A DNA stretch of 64,000 nucleotides, taken from positions 114,082,001 through 114,146,000 of the forward strand of contig NC_086107.1 in the NCBI RefSeq assembly GCF_963921235.1, read 5' to 3'. Every line of letters begins with the position of its first letter. Positions within the stretch are counted from its first letter, which is position 1. Below, one piece after another: positions 12,556 through 23,356 of the stretch. The notes beneath the pieces were generated by a model that made no database searches, was not told where the DNA came from, and saw only the letters and a program-made list of their open reading frames with translations. The stretch is from Mobula hypostoma. Taxonomy: Eukaryota. The position numbers and the translations under genes are program-made.

Positions 12556-12620
12556 TGTCTGTCTGTCTGTTTGTACGTGTGTGCGTGTGTGTGTGTGTGT
12601 CTGTCGGTCTGTCTGTGTGT
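12493..12620. repeat. (TG)n/(TCTG)n microsatellite of copy A
   Basis: Directly visible; counterparts at 22574-22623, 27519-27720, 37308-37380 and 49990-50065. Confidence 0.95.
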
Positions 12621-13066
12621 TTGAACATCTACACACATTTCTCTGCCAGTGTTTGAGTGTGTACACCCAGGTCTCTCTGGAGCTCTCAATCTGAGTGACT
12701 GTGTACATTTCGGGTCCTTAAACATCCTTATGAAAATTATATTTCACTGTTCAATTAAAAGAACATTCTAGAGAAGAGATGTGCTCCTGGTAGCAAGAAC
12801 AGTGTTACACCACAGAGAGTGAGTGATGGAGATTGTGATGAGATATCACACTTGCCTGGACTCTGTACAGACTGGGTTCTTGTATCACAACACTCAAAGT
12901 ATCACATATCAGTGTCCTGGCTGAAAGATCAGAAAACTCTCATGGTAGCAATCTCCCCATCAAACCCCTTGTACAGAGGTTTAACCTCAGTAACAAAATG
13001 AAATCACAGCCTTAGAAAGAGGTGACATAAGGTCAGAAGATGTAGAATTGTTGTGGGTAGAGTTAA

Positions 13067-13115
13067 CCAATTTCCCCCAGGATTGATAAATTATGACTAT
13101 GACTATGACTATGAC
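13067..13115 (+). mobile_element. Very short LINE 3' tail with (TATGAC)n end
   Basis: ccaatttcccccaggattgataaattatgactatgac flanked by TAA. Also at 22077-22125 and 27029-27071; empty site ttcttaactctacc near 32315, 43940 and 59560. Confidence 0.6.
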
Positions 13116-13849
13116 TAAGAAACTCCAACGGTGAAAAGACCCTAATGGGATTTATACATTCAGGCCTCAAACAATAGCCGGGTTGTGGGATATAAAATTC
13201 AACAGGAAATAGAAAAGGCTTGTAACAGCGCCTGGAGAGAGGAGTTGGCCACATTTGACTGGAAGGGGATATTAGCAGGGATGATGCCAGAACAACAATG
13301 TCTGGAGTTTCTGGGGGCAATTTGGAAGGAGCAGATCAATCACAATGACGAAGAAGTATTCTGAACGGAATATAATGCAACCATGGCTGACAAGGGAAGT
13401 CAAAGCCAAAAAGAGGACATATAATATAATAAAAAAAGTGGGAAGCTTTTCTGAGGATTTGGAAGATTTTAAAACCAATAGAAAGCAACTAAAAAAAAGT
13501 ATATATATGGAGCAAAAAGATTAAATATGAAACCAAAGAGGATACAAAGGTTTTTCATACATATAAAGAATAAAAGAGCAGATATTGGACCACTGGAAAA
13601 TAATGCTGGAGAAGTGATAATGAGAGACAAAGAAAGGGCTGACAAACTTAATAAATATTTTTCATCAGTCTTCACTGTGGAAAACACTAGCAGAATGCCA
13701 AAAATGCGAGTGTCAAGGGACAGAAGAGAGTGCTTGCGAAGCTGGAAGTTCTGAAGGCAGATAAGTCACCTGGAGCAGATGGACTTCATCCCAGGGTTCT
13801 GAAAGAATTTAGTGAAAAGATTGTGGAGGCATTAGTAATGATCTTTCAA

Positions 13850-16728
13850 GGAGCATTCGTAATAAGGTGGATGAATTGAAAGTGCAGATTGTTATTAATG
13901 ATTATGATATAGTTGGGATCACAGAGACAAGGCTCCAGGGTGACTAAGGATGGGAGCTCAACGTTCAGGGCTATTCAATATTCAGGAGGGATAGACATGA
14001 AGGAAGGGGAGGTGGGGTGCCGTTGCTGGTTAAAGAAGAGATTAACGCAATAGAAAGGAAGGACATTAGCCGGGAAGACGTGGAATCGATATGGGTAGAG
14101 CTGCGTAACACTAAGGGGCAGAAGACGCTGGTGGGAGTTGTGTACAGGCCACCTAACAGTAGTAGTGAGGTCGGAGATGGTATTAAACAGGAAATTAGAA
14201 ATGTGTGCAATAAAGGAACAGCAGTTATAATGGGTGACTTCAATCTACATGTAGATTGGGTGAACCAAATTGGTAAATGTGCTGAGGAAGAGGATTTCTT
14301 GGAAAGTATGCGGGATAGTTTTTTGAACCAACATGTCGAGGAACCAACTAGAGAGCAGGCTATTCTGGACTGGGTATTGAGCAATGAGGAAGGGTTAATT
14401 AGCAATCTTGTCGTGAGAGGCCCCTTGGGTAAGAGTGACCATAATATGGTGGAATTCTTCCTTAAGATGGAGAGTGACATAGTTAATTCAGAAACAAAGG
14501 TTCTGAACTTAAAGAGGGGTAACTTTGAAGGTATGAGACGTGAATTAGCTAAGATAGACTGGCAAATGACCCTTAAAGGATTGACGGTGGATATGCAATG
14601 GCAAGCATTTAAAGGTTGCATGGATGAACTACAACAATTGTTCATCCCAGTTTGGCAAAAGAATAAATCAAGGAAGGTAGTGCACCCGTGGCTGACAAGA
14701 GAAATTAGGGATAGTATCAATTCCAAAGAAGAAGCATACAAATTAGCCAGAGAAAGTGGCTCACCTGACGACTGGGAGAAATTCAGAGTTCAGCAGAGGA
14801 GGACAAAGGGCTTAATTAGGAAGGGGAAAAAAGATTATGAGAGAAAACTGGCAGGGAACATAAAAACGGACTGTAAAAGCTTTTATAGATATGTAAAAAG
14901 GAAAAGACTGGTAAAGACAAATGTAGGTCCCCTGCAGACAGAAACAGGTGAATTGATTATGGGGAGCAAGGACATGGCAGACCAATTGAATAATTACTTT
15001 GGTTCTGTCTTCACTAAGGAGGACATAAATAATCTTCAAGAAATAGTAGGGGACAGAGGGTCCAGTGAGATGGAGGAACTGAGCGAAATACATGTTAGTA
15101 GGGAAGTGGTGTTAGGTAAATTGAAGGGATTGAAGGCAGATAAATCCCCAGGGCCAGATGGTCTACATCCTAGAGTGCTTAAGGAAGTAGCCCAAGAAAT
15201 AGTGGATGCATTAGTGATAATTTTTCAAAACTCGTTAGATTCTGGACTAGTTCCTGAGGATTGGAGGGTGGCTAATGTAACTCCACTTTTTAAAAAAGGA
15301 GGGAGAGAGAAACCGGGGAATTATAGACCGGTTAGCCTAACGTCAGTGGTGGGGAAACTGCTGGAGTCAGTTATCAAGGATGAGATAACAGCACATTTGG
15401 AAAGCGGTGAAATCATCGGACAAAGTCAGCATGGATTTGTGAAAGGAAAATCATGTCTGACGAATCTCATAGAATTTTTTGAGGATGTAACTAGTAGAGT
15501 GGATAGGGGAGAACCAGTGGATGTGGTATATTTGGATTTTCAAAAGGCTTTTGACAAGGTCCCACACAGGAGATTAGTGTGCAAACTTAAAGCATACGGT
15601 ATTGGGGGTAAGGTATTGGTGTGGGTGGAGAATTGGTTAGCAGACAGGAAGCAAAGAGTGGGAATAAACGGGACCTTTTCAGAATGGCAAGCGGTGACTA
15701 GTGGGGTACCGCAAGGCTCAGTGCTGGGACCCCAGTTGTTTACAATATATATTAATGACTTGGATCAGGGAATTAAATGCAGCATCTCCAAGTTTGCGGA
15801 TGACACGAAGCTGGGCAGCAGTGTTAGCTGTGAGGAGGATGCTAAGAGGATGCAGGGTGACTTGGATAGGTTGGGTGAGTGGGCAAATTCATGGCAGATG
15901 CAATTTAATGTGGATAAATGTGAAGTTATCCACTTTGGTGGCAAAAATAGGAAAACAGATTATTATCTGAATGGTGGCCGATTAGGAAAAGGGGAGGTGC
16001 AACGAGACCTGGGTGTCATTATACACCAGTCATTGAAAGTGGGCATGCAAGTACAGCAGGCGGTGAAAAAGGCAAATGGTATGCTGGCATTTATAGCGAG
16101 ACGATTCGAGTACAGGAGCAGGGAGGTACTACTGCAGTTGTACAAGGCCTTGGTGAGACCACACCTGGAGTATTGTGTGCAGTTTTGGTCCCCTAATCTG
16201 AGGAAAGACATCCTTGCCATAGAGGGAGTACAAAGAAGGTTCACCAGATTGATTCCTGGGATGGCAGGACTTTCATATGATGAAAGACTGGATGAACTGG
16301 GCTTGTACTCGTTGGAATTTAGAAGATTGAGGGGGGATCTGATTGAAACGTATAAGATCCTAAAGGGATTGGACAGGCTAGATGCAGGAACATTGTTCCC
16401 GATGTTGGGGAAGTCCAGAACGAGGGGTCACAGTTTGAGGATAGAGGGGAAGCCTTTTAGGACCGAGATTAGGAAAAACTTCTTCACACAGAGAGTGGTG
16501 AATCTGTGGAATTCTCTGCCACAGGAAACAGTTGAGGCCAGTTCATTGGCTATATTTAAGAGGGAGTTAGATATGGCCCTTGTGGCTACGGGGGTCAGGG
16601 GGTATAGAGGGAAGGCTGGGGCGAGGTTCTGAGTTGGAGGATCAGCCATGATCATAATAAATGGCGGTGCAGGCTCGAAGGGCCGAATGGCCTACTCCTG
16701 CACCTATTTTCTATGTTTCTATGTTTCT
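13850..16728 (+). mobile_element. Young CR1 LINE with nearly complete ORF2 and 3' UTR
   Basis: Begins at RSIRNKVDEL and ends in a (TTCTATGT)n tail; empty site atctttcaaaaaccactag at about 26295-26313 (minus). Confidence 0.96.
14017..16632 (+). CDS. CR1 ORF2 endonuclease/reverse transcriptase (871 aa open; frame extends to about 13849 through one TAA at 13945)
   Basis: GVVYRPP, GDFN, SDH, KSPGPDG, NYRPVSLTS, QHGF, YLDFQKAFDKV, GVPQGSVLGP, FADD, LVRPHLEYC. Confidence 0.92.
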   Translation: MPLLVKEEINAIERKDISREDVESIWVELRNTKGQKTLVGVVYRPPNSSSEVGDGIKQEIRNVCNKGTAVIMGDFNLHVDWVNQIGKCAEEEDFLESMRDSFLNQHVEEPTREQAILDWVLSNEEGLISNLVVRGPLGKSDHNMVEFFLKMESDIVNSETKVLNLKRGNFEGMRRELAKIDWQMTLKGLTVDMQWQAFKGCMDELQQLFIPVWQKNKSRKVVHPWLTREIRDSINSKEEAYKLARESGSPDDWEKFRVQQRRTKGLIRKGKKDYERKLAGNIKTDCKSFYRYVKRKRLVKTNVGPLQTETGELIMGSKDMADQLNNYFGSVFTKEDINNLQEIVGDRGSSEMEELSEIHVSREVVLGKLKGLKADKSPGPDGLHPRVLKEVAQEIVDALVIIFQNSLDSGLVPEDWRVANVTPLFKKGGREKPGNYRPVSLTSVVGKLLESVIKDEITAHLESGEIIGQSQHGFVKGKSCLTNLIEFFEDVTSRVDRGEPVDVVYLDFQKAFDKVPHRRLVCKLKAYGIGGKVLVWVENWLADRKQRVGINGTFSEWQAVTSGVPQGSVLGPQLFTIYINDLDQGIKCSISKFADDTKLGSSVSCEEDAKRMQGDLDRLGEWANSWQMQFNVDKCEVIHFGGKNRKTDYYLNGGRLGKGEVQRDLGVIIHQSLKVGMQVQQAVKKANGMLAFIARRFEYRSREVLLQLYKALVRPHLEYCVQFWSPNLRKDILAIEGVQRRFTRLIPGMAGLSYDERLDELGLYSLEFRRLRGDLIETYKILKGLDRLDAGTLFPMLGKSRTRGHSLRIEGKPFRTEIRKNFFTQRVVNLWNSLPQETVEASSLAIFKRELDMALVATGVRGYRGKAGARF

Positions 16729-17664
16729 AAAAACCACTAGAATCTGGAATGGTTCTGGAGGACAGGAAAATTGCAAATGTCACTCCACTCTTCAAGAAGG
16801 GAGAGAGGCAGAAGAAAGGAAATTATAGTCCTGTTAGCCTGACTTCAGTGGTTGGTAAGATATTTGAGTCTATTATTAAGGGTAGGTTTCGAGGTACTTG
16901 GAAGCACATGATAAAATAGGCCAAAGACAGCATGGTTTCCTTAAGGGGAAATCTTGTCTGACAATTCCATTAGAATTCCTTCAGGAAATAACAGGCAGGA
17001 TAGACAAAGCAGAATCAAGTTTATTAACACTGGTATATGTCACAAAATTTGTTAACTTAGCAGCAGCAGTACAATGCAATACATGACAATTCAGAGAAAA
17101 ATAAGTACATCACTGACAGTAAGTATATAGAAGTATATTAAACAGTTAAATTTAAAATAGTGCAAAAACAGAAATAATATGTATTTTAAAGAGTGAGGAA
17201 CTGTTCATGGGTTCAATGTCCATTTAGGAATCAGATAGCAGAGGGGAAGAAGTTGTCCCTGAAACTCTGAGTGTCTGCTTCAGGCTTCTGTATCTCCTTC
17301 CTGACAGTAACAATGAGAAGAGGAAATGTGTTGGGTGATGGGGGTCCTTAATAATGGACACCGCTCCTCGATACCACAGAGGCCTGTGCCCAAGGTTCCA
17401 CACATGAGGCTGCTTAACAAGGTAAGAGCCCATGGTATTACAGGAAAGATATTAGCATGGATAGAACATTGGCTGCCTGGCAGGAGGCAAAGAGTTAGAA
17501 TAAAGGGAGCCTTTTCTGGTTTGCTGCTGGTAACTGATGGTGTTCCACAGGGGTCAGTGTTGTGACAGCTACTTTTCACATGTTATGGCAATGATTTGGA
17601 TGAAGGAGTTGATGGCTTTGTGGCCCAGTCTGCAGATGATATGAAGACAGGTGGAAGGGCAGTT

Positions 17665-17859
17665 TCTGTACACTGACCAGTGTCTCTCAGTCCCTCTCTC
17701 TCAGGGGGAGATCTGTACACTGACCGGTGTCTCTCAGTCTCGCTCTCTCAGAGACAGATCTGTACACTGACCGGTGTCTCTCAGTCCCTCTCTCTCAGGG
17801 GCAGATCTGTACACTGACCGGTGTCTCTCAGTCCCTCTCTGCCTCATGGGCAGACCTGT
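17665..17859 (-). repeat. 47-bp satellite, about 4 monomers
   Basis: Reverse complement of ccggtcagtgtacagatctccccctgagagagagggactgagagaca. Confidence 0.92.
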
Positions 17860-18768
17860 GCCCTCACTGCTGTCTATGTCACTCTGCAGTGGGCTATTTT
17901 AATTTTTCTGTGCCCTGGTTAGTGTTGTGGCCTGGGCTGTTTCGCCCCACACTATCTCCTCTCTCCTGTTGCTCAATTTTGTTTACTTTTAACTTTTCCG
18001 GTGTCACGCTGTAGTTTTTGAGACTTCAGACCTGCTAACCACTGCCTCTGAATTATCGCGCCCCTCAGCACTGCCATTGATGCTGGTAGAGATTAGTTTG
18101 AGGCTGTGCAAATAACTTGTTTTATTTTGAATTTTGTTTTTAAGTCTAACGTTGACTACAAGCTGGTTCTGGGCCCAGGTCACAGGCTTCGGCCTTCTTT
18201 GCTGCTCATTCTCTGCACCCAAGTACACCAGTTGGCAGAACGATCTCCCCTTGAGACTGCTCAGAGCTCTTGTTCTACTCTCAGCCTGACAATCTCCAAC
18301 ATAATCACTTCTTGGCAGTCTCATGTCTGGGCTCACAGCCGTTGTTCTACCCTGAAGCTGACTGTCTCCAGCTCAGCCCAAGTGCTGTTGGGCTGCTCTA
18401 CCCACCTCTCAGTTTTCACTTTATTCGCTCAGAACCCAAAACCTGGATTGGCCGTTGCTGTCTCTGCTGGCCTCGGGACACAGGACTGAAAGCTCCAGTA
18501 CTGATCTCTGGCTTGATCCCCAGTTTGGTCATCAGACAGGTTTGGGCCTAGTGTCCAACATGAGACCTCAGGCCCTGGTCACATTCAGCCAGGTGTCTGT
18601 CCTGTTTCCTGGCTGAGCTGAGCCCACCTGCTTGGGCGTCAGGGAGTGAAATGTTTGTGAGGACCCATAAGGACCCAAAATGTACACAGTCACTCAGATT
18701 GAGAGCTCCAGAGAGACCTGGGTGTACACACTCAAACACTGGCAGAGAAATGTGTGTAGATGTTCAAA

Positions 18769-18799
18769 CACACACACAGACAGACAGACAGACAGACAC

Positions 18800-18850
<51 letters not shown>

Positions 18851-18930
18851 ACACAACACACACACTCACACACACACACAACACAGACACACTCACACAC
18901 ACCACACACACACTCACACACACACACACA

Positions 18931-18974
<44 letters not shown>

Positions 18975-19258
18975 ACACACACACACACAGACCCAGACAC
19001 ACACACAGACAGACACACGCAAACACACACAAACACATATACACACAGTCTCACACACACACACACACACACACACACAACAGTCACACAGGCACACACA
19101 TGCACACACTTACACAAATGCACACAACACATACACACACATAGAGTCTCATACATATACAGAGACCCAAACTCAGATACACACAGACACACACACAGAC
19201 CACATACATGCACACACACAAATACACACAAAACATACACACACAGACACAGACAAAC
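18769..19258. repeat. Expanded degenerate (CA)n microsatellite, left part
   Basis: Directly visible; preceded by the same flank as the other unit copies. Confidence 0.95.
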
Positions 19259-19350
19259 CACCACTCTGCTCCGTCTAGCAGAATTAGTCCTTACTCTTAA
19301 TAATTTCTCCTTTTTGCTCCTCCCATTTCCTCCAAACTAAAGGTGTAGCT

Positions 19351-20520
19351 ATGGGCACCCGTATGGGTCCTAGCTATGCCTGCCTTTTTGTTGGGTTTGT
19401 GGAACAATCTATGTTCCGTGCCTATTCTGGTATCTGTCCCCCACTTTTCCTTCGCTACATCGACGACTGCATTGGCGCTGCTTCCTGCACGCATGCAGAA
19501 CTCGTTGACTTTATTAACTTTGCCTCCAACTTTCACCCTGCCCTCAAGTTTACCTGGTCCATTTCCGACACCTCCCTCCCCTTTCTAGATCTTTCTGTCT
19601 CTGTCTCTGGAGACAGCTTATCCACTGATGTCTACTATAAGCCTACTGACTCTCACAGCTATCTGGACTATTCCTCTTCTCACCCTGTCTCTTGCAAAAA
19701 CGCCATCTCCTTCTCGCAATTCCTCCGTCTCCGCCGCATCTGCTCTCAGGATGAGGCTTTTCATTCTAGGACGAGGGAGATGTCTTCATTTTTTAAAGAA
19801 AGGGGCTTCCCTTCCTCCACTATCAACTCTGCTCTTAAACGCATCTCCCCCATTTCACGTACATCTGCTCTCACTCCATCCTCCCACCACCCCACTAGGA
19901 ATAGGGTTCCCCTGGTCCTCACCTACCACCCCACCAGCCTCCGGGTCCACATATTATTCTCCGTAACTTCCGCCACCTCCAACGGGATCCCACCACTAAG
20001 CATATCTTTCCCTCCCCCTCTCTCTGCATTCCGCAGGGATCGCTCCCTACACAACTCCCTTGTCCATTCGTCCCCCCCATCCCTCCCCACTGATCTCCCT
20101 CCTGGCACTTATCCGTGTAAGCGGAACAAGTGCTACACATGCCCTTACACTTCCTCCCTTACCACCATTCAGGGCCCCAAACAGTCCTTCCAGGTGAGGC
20201 ATCACTTCACCTGTGAGTCGACTGGGGTGATATACTGCGTCCGGTGCTCCCGATGTGGCCTTTTATATATTGGTGAGACCCGACGCAGACTGGGAGACCG
20301 CTTTGCTGAACATCTACGCTCTGTCCGCCAGAGAAAGCAGGATCTCCCAGTGGCCACACATTTTAATTCCACATCCCATTCCCATTCTGACATGTCTATC
20401 CACGGCCTCCTCTACTGTAAAGATGAAGCCACACTCAGGTTGGAGGAACAACACCTTATATTCCGTATGGGTAGCCTCCAACCTGATGGCATGAACATTG
20501 ACTTCTCTAACTTCCGCTAG
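19351..20520 (+). CDS. Penelope RT C-terminal part plus GIY-YIG endonuclease (partial)
   Basis: 389-aa ORF with YIDD and YIGET...RFAEH...EQHLI...GMN; upstream frameshift near 19312 and probable compensating frameshifts at about 19950 and 20017. Confidence 0.88.
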   Translation: MGTRMGPSYACLFVGFVEQSMFRAYSGICPPLFLRYIDDCIGAASCTHAELVDFINFASNFHPALKFTWSISDTSLPFLDLSVSVSGDSLSTDVYYKPTDSHSYLDYSSSHPVSCKNAISFSQFLRLRRICSQDEAFHSRTREMSSFFKERGFPSSTINSALKRISPISRTSALTPSSHHPTRNRVPLVLTYHPTSLRVHILFSVTSATSNGIPPLSISFPPPLSAFRRDRSLHNSLVHSSPPSLPTDLPPGTYPCKRNKCYTCPYTSSLTTIQGPKQSFQVRHHFTCESTGVIYCVRCSRCGLLYIGETRRRLGDRFAEHLRSVRQRKQDLPVATHFNSTSHSHSDMSIHGLLYCKDEATLRLEEQHLIFRMGSLQPDGMNIDFSNFR

Positions 20521-20814
20521 GCCCCACCTTCCCCTCGTACCCCATCTGTTACTCTTTTTTATGCACACATTCTTTCTCTCACTCTCCTTTTTCTCCCTCT
20601 GTCCCTCTGAATATACCTCTTGCCCATCCTCTGGGTCACCCCCCCCCCCGTCTTTCTTCCCGGACCTCCTGTCCCATGATCCTCTCGTATCCCCTTCTGC
20701 CTATCACCTGTCCAGCTCTCGGCTCTATCCCTCCCCCTCCTGTCTTCTCCTATCATTTTGCATCTCCCCCTCCCCCTCCAGCTTTCATATCCCTTACTCA
20801 CTCTTCCTTCAGTT

Positions 20815-20850
20815 AGTCCTGACGAAGGGTCTCGGCCTGAAACGTCGACT
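20815..20850 (+). ncRNA. Minimal type I hammerhead ribozyme motif
   Basis: agtc-CTGACGA-a-gggt-ctcg-gcct-GAAA-c-GTC-gact: stem I agtc/gact, intact core boxes, palindromic ACGT, predicted cleavage after 20846. Confidence 0.8.
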
Positions 20851-20961
20851 GCGCCTCTTCCTATAGATGCTGCTTGGCCTGCTGCGTTCACCAGCAACTT
20901 TGATGTGTGTTGCTTGAATTTCCATCATCTGCAGAATTCCTGTTGTTCACAGACAAACATA

Positions 20962-21841
20962 TGTAACGGTCTGATGCATTATCAATTACTCCAAAAGACT
21001 GGAAGTAGAGTAAATACTGAAAGGCTTTTATTAGCAGTAAATGGACCAACGTCCATGCTGAGTATCTGTCCTGGACTGAGGGAGGAGCAGTGGTACAATC
21101 GCCTTTATTCAGGGCTCTGTGCGAGGAGCCACAGGAGCAGTCAGCAGAGGGGCGTGTCCAGACAGGTAACACAGTTACAACATACATATATGGTTTACCA
21201 CACGGTCTTTGCCCCACTGACTCCTGTTGCCTAGGGTGAACAGCTGTCGACCCCACCAAACAGTGCAAATGCTTTGGTGCGGATAAGGTGTGAGTCGCCC
21301 AATGATCAGCCACGACACAAATATGAAACAATATACAAAGTGCGAGTAAAGAATTATACTTTATAGCAAATTTTTGGTGATGGGTTAGTAGCAACAACTA
21401 AAAGAAAAGGCACCACGAAAGTAACTTATCAGTCTTGTGCACATAATATTTTAATACATTGGAGCTCACACCTCCAATTCCGTCCACAATGTCCTTCCGA
21501 GACTCCGGCCACCCTCCGAAACCCCGAGGTCCGGTATCTGCTGCCCTGGAACCGCTGTCCGTTCCTCACACATCCGTCCTCTCCGCTCGCCTCCCGAAAA
21601 AGCCCACGCTCCTCAACTCAGCACACACATACAAGATAACAGAACATGACTTCCATTGGCTAACAAATGAATACAATTTCCATTATCTTCCTCTATAACC
21701 CAAACATTGCTGTTACAGAGAACCCCTTGCTCAGCAGTTAACAGTACGAGAAGCCATTTTAATATAACACCTCAGAGAAGCCATTTTGGTAATAAGTGAT
21801 TAATAGTTAACAGTCCATCTGGTATTACTGAGAGCCCGACA
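20962..21841 (-). mobile_element. Solo LTR (outer, about 640 bp without its insert)
   Basis: TG...CA termini, CATA repeated at 20958-20961 and 21842-21845, CCAAT on minus, duplicated gagaagccatttt; removal restores the CA tract. Confidence 0.55.
20972..21202 (-). mobile_element. Solo LTR (inner, 231 bp, Gypsy-like)
   Basis: TG...CA termini, 5-bp direct repeat CGGTC at 20967-20971 and 21203-21207, AATAAA on minus strand. Confidence 0.8.
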
Positions 21842-21934
21842 CATACATACACATCCAGACCACATATGCACACACACTTACACAAATACACACAACACAT
21901 GCGCACATACACTCACACACGTACTCACACTCAC

Positions 21935-22030
<96 letters not shown>
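21842..22030. repeat. (CA)n microsatellite, right part
   Basis: Directly visible. Confidence 0.95.
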
Positions 22031-22593
22031 GAACACACCCTAAACCTATGCCCTCTAGTACCGTTGGAGTTTCTTAGTCATAGTCATAGTCATAGTCATA
22101 ATTTATTAATCCCGGAGGAAATTGGTTAACTCTACCCACAACAATTTTACATCTTCTGACCTTATGTCACCTCTTTCTAAGGCTGTGATTTCATTTTGTT
22201 ACTGAGGTTAAACCTCTGTACAAGGGGTTTGATGTGGAGATTGCTTCCATGAAGAGCTTTCTGATCTTTCAGCCAGGACACTGATGTGTGATACTTTGGG
22301 TCTAGTGATACAAGAAACCCAGTCTGTGCAGAGTCCAGGCAAGTGTGATATCTCAACACAATCTCCATCGCTCACTCTCTGTGATCTAACACTGTTCTTG
22401 GTACCAGGAGCGCATCCCTTCTCTAAAATCTTCTTTGAATTGAAGATTGGAATATAATTTTCATAAGGACGCACAAGGACCCAAAATGTACACTGTCACT
22501 CAGATTGAGAGCTCCAGAGAGACCTGGGTGTACACACTCAAACACTGGCAGAGAAATATGTGTAGATGTTCAAACACACAGACAGACAGACAG

Positions 22594-22624
<31 letters not shown>

Positions 22625-22962
22625 GTGAAGGTGATGTGAAGCAGCTCATCACAAAGTACAACTCTGGGCTGTGACGACTGCTGCTACCACGTCCCCATCA
22701 ACACTCTGTACGTTATATTTACTCTGCAATCTGGACTGAATTTCGCAAGTCCAGTGTCCCCATCGAAGTAACAGAATTAATATTCCCAGTTAAAGGCCCT
22801 TCAGTACCTGGTCTGAAACATTATCTCTGTTCCACTCTCCCAATTGAGAGAGTTTCTTTAGAACACAGAAGGAACAGGCGCTTCGATCCATCAGCTTTGC
22901 CCGCTCACCCTAAACCTATGCCCTCTAGTACCTGACATTTCCATCAAGGGGAAGAAAGACTC

Positions 22963-23356
22963 ACCTCCAAGATGACCACGACCCTGTTGAAGGGTTTGGT
23001 AGCTTGCGTGCTCTAATGACCGAGAGAGCTACGCTGGCTGGAGTCAGGGCTTTATGCTTTGGCTCTTGGTGGGGTCACCCATAGCAAACAGGTCAAAGGG
23101 TAGAGGCCAGACTAAGAGTGGTCCACTGACAACCCTGCTGATCAAACAGAACTGTTACAGAAACAGCAGTGAAGAGCCTTTCTACATCTGAGTGCGACGG
23201 TATTCCTGAGTCTCCACCCCGAGACTCGCATGAGTGACAGTAGTGAAAACCGAGAGGAAGCCACCGGCATGATGAAGGAAGCCCTGAACACCACCAGAGA
23301 TGGGGAACCTTCATTGCGGCCTGGAACACCAGTGGTGTAATGGGCAGTCAGTAAGT
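22963..23356 (+). mobile_element. Short non-autonomous RTE-like element
   Basis: RTE-type 5' UTR (gcttgcgtg...aatgac...gagctacgc...ggccagactaagag), (TAAG)n tail, 11-bp direct repeat AAGAAAGACTC at 22952-22962 and 23357-23367 within a CR1 remnant. Confidence 0.65.

Larger units (their letters stand above)
12122..18641 (-). repeat. Copy A: inverted, rearranged copy of the composite unit
   Basis: 12122-13130 is the reverse complement of about 22060-22993; 13130-13849 plus 16729-17662 match about 25372-27015; 17665-18641 match about 32570-33550. Confidence 0.88.
19259..20947 (+). mobile_element. Penelope-like retroelement (Neptune-type), 5'-truncated
   Basis: GVAMG...RYIDD RT, Cys-rich linker CKRNKCYTC, GIY-YIG-like VIYCVRCSRCGLLYIGET; 11-bp direct repeat CACAGACAAAC at 19248-19258 and 20948-20958. 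Confidence 0.93.

Noticed and set aside
13971..14741. Antisense ORFs over LINEs
   Set aside because: Shadow frames of CR1/L1/Rex coding sequence.
18106..18489. 127-aa ORF repeated in several copies as a gene family
   Set aside because: GTG start, no recognised motif, truncated in copy E; conservation is explained by duplication.
18651..19340. His/Thr-rich and Cys/Val-rich ORFs
   Set aside because: Translations of (CA)n/(TG)n tracts; the same applies near 12450, 21850, 27450, 37300 and 49950.
22963..23070. HDV-like or twister ribozyme at the RTE-like 5' end
   Set aside because: Some RTE elements carry self-cleaving ribozymes, but I could not thread either fold by eye.
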